Of a stretch of DNA of 30,499 nt, positions 22,739 to 30,499 are shown one piece after another. The position numbers and the translations under genes were made by a program. The notes below the pieces were generated by a model. That model searched no databases and was not told where the DNA came from. It worked only from the letters and a program-made list of their open reading frames with translations. The number at the start of each line of letters is the position of its first letter. Positions within the stretch are counted from its first letter, which is position 1. This DNA is from Amoeboaphelidium occidentale (taxonomy: Eukaryota): contig JALGPX010000028.1 of NCBI GenBank assembly GCA_023515795.1, positions 62,001 to 92,499 on the forward strand, read 5' to 3'.

Positions 22739-22882
22739 GTCAACCAAAAATGAATGTCGCAACAACTCTTATGGCGGTAAAGAGGCACCGGTTAAATCAT
22801 CATAAATTGTAGCACCTTTTAGACAGTTATTACGTGCCTTTTAGAACCACGAGCGATACTATTCTATTGTTCACGGACCAGT

Positions 22883-25800
22883 TCAAATTTGCTTAGGATT
22901 ACATAGTATTTTCGACATTCTTTCGGATAGACCAAGACTCTCTTCTCCTCTAGTAGTAAACGAAAACACCATTTTTGAGTTAAATGATTGCAATGGATGT
23001 CCATTTGCAAAAACAACCATATTGAGACCTCCCCTCTTAACATTGATAGAACCAACATTCTCCTTTTTAACACCAATAAGTTTGGCTGCATTCCAAGTGA
23101 TAAGACCAACTGCTTCGTGAAAACTCATTTTTTGAGATACATCACTACCATCCAGTAACTGTCCAGACATTTCACGTGCAATGGCAGCATCCCAAAAGAT
23201 CTCGTGCACTTCGTTAGAAGCTATTCCAATTGGTACGCCATGATCTCTCAGGGTTTTTAAATTCTGACTCAAGTTCAACTTCTTTCCTGTAAGGATCGGG
23301 TGGTCTAGAGATGAATAACTTCTTGTGCGCCGAGACTCATATTCTTCTGGAATCGACATTAGAGGACTGAGTATTACTGAGATATTATGTGCAGACAACT
23401 CTTTTGCTAGAATATACGCTTCGGAACCACCCACAAGAACCATTTTGATCTTCGCAACGATTCCAGTCTCTTCTTTCAGTTCCCGTTCAGCGTCTACTTT
23501 GACTTTAAGCAATGCAGCTATCTGCTCCGCATTATCAACATGGACGAACAAAGGAATCTTTCCTGTTAGGACGTCGGCGAAATCATAAGAAATAGAGCTT
23601 CCAGCGCCTGAAACGTTGCGACTAGAGAATTTCCGAATGCATCGCTTGAACAATTGCATGATATAATTCATTTGACCCTGCAGAGCACTGACTAAGCCTC
23701 CAGATACGTGCTTTCCAATAGTCAAATGAATTCCAATCTCTTCCTTGATAATACCTCCTGTAAATATTGCTCTTCCGGGGAATGCAGCAGTTCGCAACAA
23801 CGCACTTTTACCCATTACAACACCATCCATTGGAACTGCTGGAATAGCCATTGTAAAGGAGATCCCAGCCCTTGTAGCAATTTCCAGTTGTTTACTATAA
23901 CTCAAATCGTACTTGTAACCATCACTGATTCCTGTTTCGAGAGACGATGCAACACTTAAACCTCCATCCATAATAAGCTCATCCCATATCGCTTCATCAA
24001 GAGCCATTCCATTCGTTATTGACTCTTGATCAATTTCAGTGCTGCCGAGTTTTGAGTTCAAGACAATAGGACTTGGCATTAAAGTACCTCCGTCAGTGTT
24101 AACGTTAACCAAGTTCAAATAGATATGTGAGGGACAACTAGATCCACTTCCAAAACAGACCAAAGAAGCGCTCTTAGCCGTGATCTCTCCTGTCTCATCC
24201 ACAAGAGAGTCATTTAGTCTAACCACAGCAACGCCGCTTTTGTTTAATTCCAAATAGGTGGTTTCATTTAAATGAATCCAAGAAAGACCCGTAAACTTGA
24301 TGAAAGTGGAATTTTCCTTCAAATTCTTTTCCAAAGTCTTACAAAAATCGTTGTCGACACTTGGAACTTCAATTTTGGTCTTCAAATCTGTAGCTTCTCC
24401 AACAATCTTTTTCTCATAAACCGGAAAGCCATCGATGTAAACAGAATCAGGAATAGCACCAACTTGTAAGAAGGGATTCTTGTTCCATACTACCAAGTCA
24501 GCATCCATTCCTTCCCTCACAGAGCCAACACGATGATCAACTCCTAAAGCCTTAGCAGGAACTGAAGTAACGGCCTGGATGGCATCATGTGGAGATATTC
24601 CATAATATACTGCCTTTCCTGCTTGATAATGTAAGAACTGTGAGTTTGTCACGGAATGATCAGACTTGAAAGCAAAGGGAACTCCAGCTTCTTTCAAAAC
24701 AGATGGAGCATTGAATGATGCCTTGTACGCTTCATACTTGTAGTATCCCCTATCTGAAAATAAAGCCACAGTCAAATTACCAAATAATTCCGCTTTTTCG
24801 TTTCTGAGGCCTCTTAAGAATGGGGCAACCAAATGCGCACTAGTGGCATGATGTATAGCAGCAACGGGAACATTAAATTGTGAAGCAATTCGAAACAGAG
24901 TCTCCATGTCCTGAGTTTCATACACATGCACATTCAATTTTACATGTCCGCGAAGTAGAGCGACTAAACTTTCCAGTGACAAATCCTCTGGAAATTCATC
25001 AGAAACAACTGCGTAGCCTCCCGATGCCTTTGAGCACCAACCATCCTGATCTTTCTTCAACTTCAAAGCTTTATCAAACATACTACGAAGCTGCCACGCT
25101 AAACCCATTCTGGTTTGAACTCTTGAACTTCCATAAACATTCTTTGGATTCTCGCCCAAAGCCATTTTCATGTAACGAAAGCTGCTGTCACGCGAACTGC
25201 CAGACAAACCATAGTTAAAAGTCATCTCTTCTACAGTCCTCATCTTGCGATTCTTGATCAGAAATGCTTCACCGCCCATGATATTTCCACTCCCAGGCAG
25301 AATTAAAGATGTGGAAACACCGCCAGCTGATATAAGATAAATTCCGGGATCAGCAGGATTAAAACCATCTCTAGAATTCAACTGAGGCTGAGTTGGTCCA
25401 GTCATTTCGTTAACATCATTTGTAGCGTGTAGAGCTGGCCAAGTATCCACACCAGCGTGGGAATGCATATCAACCAGACCAGGTGTAACCAGCTTCAGCT
25501 GAACATCAACAACAAAGTCACAAGTGTTCCCGGAAGACGATAAATCCTTCGCAATACGAATGATGGTGCCGTTCTTTGTGAGAATATCATAATCATACAA
25601 CTCATTGCCCAGTCCGTCCCAAATTACGCAGTGCTTGAACAGAATCGAAGGAGCACTGTATCCTCTGGGATTATCAAATGCAGGCCTGGGAGGCGTAGAC
25701 GGTTTTCTGTGTAAGTTTTCGCATTTTTCTTGATAATGCTCTGATGATTGATTCCAGCGAGTTGAGTTATTCAAGCTTCCACCCAAATATGATGCGATAA

Positions 25801-25903
25801 TGAGAAAGTGAAGCACTGCAAATCCAATTATAAGCACAATCGCAAAGGGGCGTTTCGTTCCGGATTTCTGGTAACCCAAATTCTGAGAAACTGTAAATTT
25901 CAT
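22883..25903 (-). CDS. Membrane-anchored two-domain amidohydrolase (metallo-dependent hydrolase superfamily), intronless
   Basis: N-terminal TM, then PGLVDMHSH, MKMALGENPK, KSDH and VGSVREGMDADLVVW. The second domain is a degenerate repeat (FVHVDNA, ITWNAAKLIG). Confidence 0.88.
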   Translation of the reverse strand: MKFTVSQNLGYQKSGTKRPFAIVLIIGFAVLHFLIIASYLGGSLNNSTRWNQSSEHYQEKCENLHRKPSTPPRPAFDNPRGYSAPSILFKHCVIWDGLGNELYDYDILTKNGTIIRIAKDLSSSGNTCDFVVDVQLKLVTPGLVDMHSHAGVDTWPALHATNDVNEMTGPTQPQLNSRDGFNPADPGIYLISAGGVSTSLILPGSGNIMGGEAFLIKNRKMRTVEEMTFNYGLSGSSRDSSFRYMKMALGENPKNVYGSSRVQTRMGLAWQLRSMFDKALKLKKDQDGWCSKASGGYAVVSDEFPEDLSLESLVALLRGHVKLNVHVYETQDMETLFRIASQFNVPVAAIHHATSAHLVAPFLRGLRNEKAELFGNLTVALFSDRGYYKYEAYKASFNAPSVLKEAGVPFAFKSDHSVTNSQFLHYQAGKAVYYGISPHDAIQAVTSVPAKALGVDHRVGSVREGMDADLVVWNKNPFLQVGAIPDSVYIDGFPVYEKKIVGEATDLKTKIEVPSVDNDFCKTLEKNLKENSTFIKFTGLSWIHLNETTYLELNKSGVAVVRLNDSLVDETGEITAKSASLVCFGSGSSCPSHIYLNLVNVNTDGGTLMPSPIVLNSKLGSTEIDQESITNGMALDEAIWDELIMDGGLSVASSLETGISDGYKYDLSYSKQLEIATRAGISFTMAIPAVPMDGVVMGKSALLRTAAFPGRAIFTGGIIKEEIGIHLTIGKHVSGGLVSALQGQMNYIMQLFKRCIRKFSSRNVSGAGSSISYDFADVLTGKIPLFVHVDNAEQIAALLKVKVDAERELKEETGIVAKIKMVLVGGSEAYILAKELSAHNISVILSPLMSIPEEYESRRTRSYSSLDHPILTGKKLNLSQNLKTLRDHGVPIGIASNEVHEIFWDAAIAREMSGQLLDGSDVSQKMSFHEAVGLITWNAAKLIGVKKENVGSINVKRGGLNMVVFANGHPLQSFNSKMVFSFTTRGEESLGLSERMSKILCNPKQI

Positions 25904-25988
25904 AATGAGAACCCTGAAAATAGTTTGACGAGCTTGTCGTTCTGTTTGGTGCCTGATCGTTTCAGTAAACAGTTTCGTTTACCCGATA

Positions 25989-27878
25989 ATGGATCTCTTC
26001 TTTCACGATCTTAATTATGTTGTGCCTCTTAAGAAGGAACATAAGGCTAATAAAATCAGTCCAGGAAGTGATCAGGGGAGATCAAAGATCTTGAACAATG
26101 TATCTGGCTACTTCAAAGCAGGAACATTGAATGTGATCATGGGCTCTAGTGGAGCTGGCAAGACTTCTCTTATTGATATACTGGCAGGAAGACAGAAATC
26201 AGGAAAATTGTCTGGGAGCATCGGCTTAAAATCTCAAGACAATTCAGTGGTCTTGTTACAGACTGAGTATGGCAAGCAATTCTGGAAGTCTAATTCTGCA
26301 TATGTGATGCAAGATGATGTATTTTTGGGCAACTTGACTGTTTACGAAACCTTGTCTTATGCCTATGACCTTAAGGTTGTTGATCCTCAGTATGATCGCA
26401 AAGAGAAGGATGCTAGGATCACTGCAATCTTGAAAGCCTTGAAATTAGAGAAAGTCAAGAATAGCAGAGTTGGTGATGCATTAAAGCGTGGTATATCTGG
26501 AGGTGAAACTCGCCGTTTGAGTATTGCAGTTGAGTTGGTTACAAAACCTGGCCTGTTATTCCTCGATGAGCCGACTTCAGGGTTGGACAGCGTTAATGCG
26601 TTGAATGTGATCAAAGCAGTTAAATTATTGTGTCAGACGTATAACACCACTATTGTTTGCACAATACACCAACCAAGCTCAACGATTTTCCAAATGTTCG
26701 ATAACTTGCTGATTCTAGATGCTGGCAAAATTGTATACTTTGGAGGTGCTTTAGCGTCGATTGAATACTTCAAGAATAAGGGATACGATTGTCCGATTTA
26801 CATGAACCCTGCTGAGTTCATATTGGATGTTGTTTTGAGCGCTGATAATAGTTCAGAAGTTATTGATGTGTTCAAAGGCGACAACACCAATAAGGCTAGA
26901 AGGCCGAGCTTAGAAGTCGAAAAGGGAAAAGAAAAATTCAAATCTGAAGTTCTCGCTATAGATTATGAGCAATCCAAGAACTACAAGGATACTCAATCGG
27001 CCATCCAATTAGCAACTCAGTCAAAGTCAACAGGAAATTCCAAGAATTTTGTAAGAAGAAACAAATCCATGCTGAAGCAAACATGGCTTCTTATTAAAAG
27101 GACTTGGATCAACACAACAAGAGACACTGGAATCATGTATGTTCGGACTCTGTCTGCATGGGGAATCGCATTATTGGTTGGTTTAATCTTCTTTCAAATG
27201 CCAAATGAAGCGTCTTCTTCGAGAAACAGAATTAATGCTCTTTTGTTCTTGATGTGTGTGTTCTCCCTGTTTTGCCTTCCTGCAATATCAAAAATCATCG
27301 AAGATCGGTTGTTATTTCAACGAGAAAGAGCATCTGGTGCATATTCCACAGTGCCCTATTGGTTCGCGACGTTCATTGTTGAGATTCCTATTCTTCTATT
27401 GATTGCTGTTGGATATGGCTCCATTGTCTATTACATGTGCAATTTTACAAGTGATCCTTTGAATTTTGTGTTCTTCACCATAACTATTTTCTTGGTCATC
27501 AATGTTGGTTTCAGCCTGAGTCAGGCTATTGCTTCCTTTGTCAAATCAAGTAATATGGCAATCGCAGTGTACATGATCATCCTGACTTATTCTTTGTTAC
27601 TCGGCGGTTTCATCATCAAGGGATCTGATTTACCTGATCAAATCCAATGGGCATTGCGAACGTCGTACTTTTTCTATGGCTTCGAAGCTATTTCCATTAA
27701 TGAATTCAAAGGTAAAACAGATTCTACAGGATTCGACTGGGGAACGAAAACTCTTGAAGAAATGGGTATGGATGGTGGTGATAAGTGGATCGACTTTGCT
27801 GCTTTATGGGGTTGGTTCATTGGATTCCGATTGTTATCATTAATTGGGCTCAAATATTTTCACTTAGAGGTCAGATGA
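25989..27878 (+). CDS. ABCG/White-family half transporter (NBD-TMD), intronless
   Basis: Walker A GSSGAGKT, ISGGE, LLFLDEPTSGLD and TIHQP, followed by an ABC2 membrane domain (FQRERASGAY). Confidence 0.95.
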   Translation: MDLFFHDLNYVVPLKKEHKANKISPGSDQGRSKILNNVSGYFKAGTLNVIMGSSGAGKTSLIDILAGRQKSGKLSGSIGLKSQDNSVVLLQTEYGKQFWKSNSAYVMQDDVFLGNLTVYETLSYAYDLKVVDPQYDRKEKDARITAILKALKLEKVKNSRVGDALKRGISGGETRRLSIAVELVTKPGLLFLDEPTSGLDSVNALNVIKAVKLLCQTYNTTIVCTIHQPSSTIFQMFDNLLILDAGKIVYFGGALASIEYFKNKGYDCPIYMNPAEFILDVVLSADNSSEVIDVFKGDNTNKARRPSLEVEKGKEKFKSEVLAIDYEQSKNYKDTQSAIQLATQSKSTGNSKNFVRRNKSMLKQTWLLIKRTWINTTRDTGIMYVRTLSAWGIALLVGLIFFQMPNEASSSRNRINALLFLMCVFSLFCLPAISKIIEDRLLFQRERASGAYSTVPYWFATFIVEIPILLLIAVGYGSIVYYMCNFTSDPLNFVFFTITIFLVINVGFSLSQAIASFVKSSNMAIAVYMIILTYSLLLGGFIIKGSDLPDQIQWALRTSYFFYGFEAISINEFKGKTDSTGFDWGTKTLEEMGMDGGDKWIDFAALWGWFIGFRLLSLIGLKYFHLEVR

Positions 27879-27927
27879 GCTGTGAAACTCGAATAAAGTA
27901 TGTGTGAAGATTCTTCCTTTTTGAATC

Positions 27928-30198
27928 ATGATGAGATTTTACTCAGTAAAGAGGAACGTCGCTGATTACGCAAAGTTCCAAGAAAGACTTCAGAAGAGCA
28001 GAGTCGCGTTGGGCTTGCAAAACTCACCACTCACGCTCACCGAGAAGATTGTGCTTGGGCATATTCATCCATCCAGCAACTTGAAAAGTATTGAGCGAGG
28101 TTCAAGTTACGTGAAACTTCAACCGGACAGAGTTGCGATGCAGGACGCATCTGCCCAGATGACGATTTTACAATTCAATTTGTGCGGTAGAAAGGATACT
28201 GCGGTTCCTGCATCGATTCACTGTGATCATTTAATTGTTGGACAGAAAGGCGCTTCAGAGGACTTGAAGAAAAGCATTGAGACTGAGAGCGAAGTTTATA
28301 ACTTTTTGCACAGCGCATGTCGTAAGTATGGGATTGATTTCTGGAAGCCTGGTTCCGGTATCATTCATCAGAGCGTGTTGGAGAATTATGCTTTTCCTGG
28401 TGGTCTAATGCTTGGTACTGACTCTCATACTCCTAATGCTGGTGGCTTAGGCATGATTGCTATTGGTGTTGGAGGTGCTGATGCTGTTGATGCTTTAGCT
28501 GGATTCCCTTGGGAGCTTAAGTTTCCGAAAGTTCTTGGTGTCAAACTGACAGGAACATTGAACGGTTGGGTTTCGCCAAAAGATGTTATACTGAAGCTAG
28601 CTGGTATTCTTTCTGTTCGAGGTGGTACAGGTTACGTGGTTGAGTATTTTGGTGAAGGTGTCGAATCCTTGTCGTGTACTGGAATGGCAACTATTTGTAA
28701 TATGGGTGCTGAAGTTGGAGCAACTTCAAGTGTATTTCCTTTTACTGAGAGCATGAGAAGATATTTGCAATTGACAAGAAGATCGGATTTAGCCGAATTA
28801 GCTAGCGCAAACAAAAGCTATTTGAAAGCTGATCCTGGCGCTCGTTACGATAAGCTTATTGAGATTAATTTGTCAGAACTAGAACCTCGTTTGAATGGTC
28901 CTGATACACCTGATGCCAGCAACTCGATTAGTATGATGAAAGAAGTTTCTGAAAAGTTAAAGTATCCGAAAGAAGTTCAAGCCGCTTTAATCGGGTCATG
29001 TACGAATTCTAGTTATTATGATCTTAGCAGAGCTGCATCTCTTGTCAGACAAGCGAGAGAAAAGAATTTGAAACCAAAAGTTGATTTCTTTTTGTCTCCA
29101 GGTTCTGAACAAATACGAGCTACTGTCGAAAGAGATGGAATAATGAATGAGTTCGAGTCTGCAGGTGTGAAAGTTTTGGCTAATGCTTGTGGCCCGTGTA
29201 TTGGTCAGTGGGATCGTGGAAAAGAAGTGAAAGAGAAGAATGTAATCGTTAGCTCTTTCAACAGGAACTTTAAAGGCAGAAACGATGGTAATCCGAATAC
29301 TCTTAACTTTCTCGCATCACCAGAAATAGTTACAGCAATAGCTTTTGGTGGTCGCCTTGATTTTAATCCTGTCACGGACTCTATCAAATTGGAGAATGGA
29401 GAGAACTTTAGATTTAAAGCACCACACGGAGATGATTTGCCACCAAAAGGATTTATTCAAGGAAGAGAAGAATATCAGCCACTAGTTTACAAGAGTGATG
29501 CTTCTCAGACAATTGATATAGATCCGAATTCCACAAGACTTCAAGTACTGCATCCATTTGAAGCCTGGAATGGTAAAGAATTCGAAGAATTGCTTGTACT
29601 GGTGAAAGTAAAAGGAAAATGTACAACAGATCATATCAGTGCTGCTGGTCCTTGGTTGAAATACAAGGGACATTTGGAAAACATTGCTAAGAATACTCTT
29701 ATTGGCGCCTTGAATGCTGACAACAACAAAGTTAATTGTGTGAAGAATCAATTGTCGCCTGAGGAGACAGAAGGAACTATTCCTGATGTTGCAGAAATTT
29801 ATAAGAATCAAGGAAAGAAATGGATGGTGGTTGCAGACTATAATTACGGCGAAGGAAGTGCTAGAGAACATGCTGCTTTGCAGCCACGATACTTGAACTG
29901 TTCCATGATTCTCGCTAAATCCTTTGCTAGAATTCACGAGACAAATCTGAAGAAGCAAGGAATACTTCCCTTGACTTTTAATGATCCAAACGATTATTCG
30001 AAGATTCCGGCAACTGGTGCTTCTGTGTCCACTGTTGGTCTCACTGATTTATTGAATGGAAAATCCAACGAGATTAAATTAAGAGTTAAAACTGCTAGCG
30101 GTCAATTCGATATCCCAGTTAGCCATACTCTCAGTGCTGATCAAATATCGTGGATTAAGTGCGGTTCAGCGTTGAACATGATCCGCAATGCGCAATAG
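27928..30198 (+). CDS. ACO2: Mitochondrial aconitase-family enzyme, fungal Aco2 type (homocitrate dehydratase-like), intronless
   Basis: DRVAMQDASAQM and SIHCDHLIVG match Aco2 rather than Aco1 (QDATAQM, TVHCDHLI). Fe-S cysteines in GSCTNSS and CGPCIG; GEGSAREHAA. Confidence 0.88.
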   Translation: MMRFYSVKRNVADYAKFQERLQKSRVALGLQNSPLTLTEKIVLGHIHPSSNLKSIERGSSYVKLQPDRVAMQDASAQMTILQFNLCGRKDTAVPASIHCDHLIVGQKGASEDLKKSIETESEVYNFLHSACRKYGIDFWKPGSGIIHQSVLENYAFPGGLMLGTDSHTPNAGGLGMIAIGVGGADAVDALAGFPWELKFPKVLGVKLTGTLNGWVSPKDVILKLAGILSVRGGTGYVVEYFGEGVESLSCTGMATICNMGAEVGATSSVFPFTESMRRYLQLTRRSDLAELASANKSYLKADPGARYDKLIEINLSELEPRLNGPDTPDASNSISMMKEVSEKLKYPKEVQAALIGSCTNSSYYDLSRAASLVRQAREKNLKPKVDFFLSPGSEQIRATVERDGIMNEFESAGVKVLANACGPCIGQWDRGKEVKEKNVIVSSFNRNFKGRNDGNPNTLNFLASPEIVTAIAFGGRLDFNPVTDSIKLENGENFRFKAPHGDDLPPKGFIQGREEYQPLVYKSDASQTIDIDPNSTRLQVLHPFEAWNGKEFEELLVLVKVKGKCTTDHISAAGPWLKYKGHLENIAKNTLIGALNADNNKVNCVKNQLSPEETEGTIPDVAEIYKNQGKKWMVVADYNYGEGSAREHAALQPRYLNCSMILAKSFARIHETNLKKQGILPLTFNDPNDYSKIPATGASVSTVGLTDLLNGKSNEIKLRVKTASGQFDIPVSHTLSADQISWIKCGSALNMIRNAQ

Positions 30199-30239
30199 AT
30201 AATCTGTAAGCCATTTTCCTGGGAGAACATCTCTGGCAA

Positions 30240-30499
30240 TTATTTATCGCTGAGAAGATGTTTTGTCACAAATATCATGTTTTTAATCGTCGTCATACTT
30301 TCGCCATTCTCGTCTTGCGGCAATCTGACTGATAGCTGCTTGTAAGGTTGCCGCAAGCCGGCTTGTCAAGCCGACGCGCAGCATTCAGAATTAGATAGTA
30401 AAAAAAACAAAAATTACCTGCTGCTTTAACCTGATACTCCTGGAAGTACCGATTCTGCGGTCTTGCGACTGGGTGTAGCCACCAGATCCTCCCGAAGGA
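30240..30499 (-). other. Unresolved element at window edge: 3' end of a spliced minus-strand gene, or a structured ncRNA
   Basis: CAG|GTAATT donor-like site at 30417 and CTAAT at 30394-30390, with open frames on the minus strand. Also several tetraloop hairpins and an AATTTTTG/oligo-T tract. Confidence 0.3.

Noticed and set aside
22815..22845. CCTTTTAGA direct repeat (22815-22823, 22837-22845)
   Set aside because: Only two short AT-rich copies; not an array and plausible by chance.
2018..30198. Secondary-metabolite cluster, mobile element or CRISPR/defence system
   Set aside because: No backbone synthase, transposase/RT, terminal repeats or repeat-spacer array. The neighbouring genes are functionally unrelated housekeeping genes.
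30249..30440. TPP riboswitch-like pieces (GCTGAGA; TTTAACCTGAT) and a possible SECIS/SelK reading
   Set aside because: The TPP P4/P5 consensus is absent, the SECIS helix II does not pair, and no credible in-frame Sec codon is present.
1..30499. Alternative genetic code (TAA/TAG as Gln, or CUG reassignment)
   Set aside because: All three stops end conserved genes, apparent internal stops are explained by GT-AG introns, and a spot-checked CTG sits at a conserved Leu (aconitase VILKLAG).

Overview
This is an extremely gene-dense eukaryotic nuclear region. It holds about 20 protein-coding genes (one cut by the window start), 34 manually modelled GT-AG introns of only 31-52 nt, and intergenic gaps of 4-246 nt. 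TAA, TAG and TGA all act as stops, so the code is standard. Gene content (fungal Aco2-type aconitase, Mif2/CENP-C, INO1, three-domain paladin, SRA1, DENND6) suggests an early-diverging fungus or close relative such as an aphelid or rozellid; this is an inference. Gene order: RLP24(-), PAM18, Gbp2-like RRM protein, two SAM methyltransferases, VPS37, paladin, S8 protease(-), DENND6, INO1, CENP-C(-), orphan(-), bL35m, DPBB/GPI protein(-), SRA1(-), ALG9(-), multipass membrane protein(-), amidohydrolase(-), ABCG, ACO2. The most notable pattern is at the three tightest same-strand junctions (4, 4 and 6 nt from stop to ATG): each downstream gene encodes AATAAA as Asn-Lys codons near its N-terminus. 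At the two 4-nt junctions the upstream TGA stop also matches a TTGA motif seen just before several other ATGs. Together these suggest overlapping transcription units with signals written into the neighbouring CDS. Three candidate structured ncRNAs and an assembly-gap duplication are also noted. All calls come from manual reading; no searches were run.
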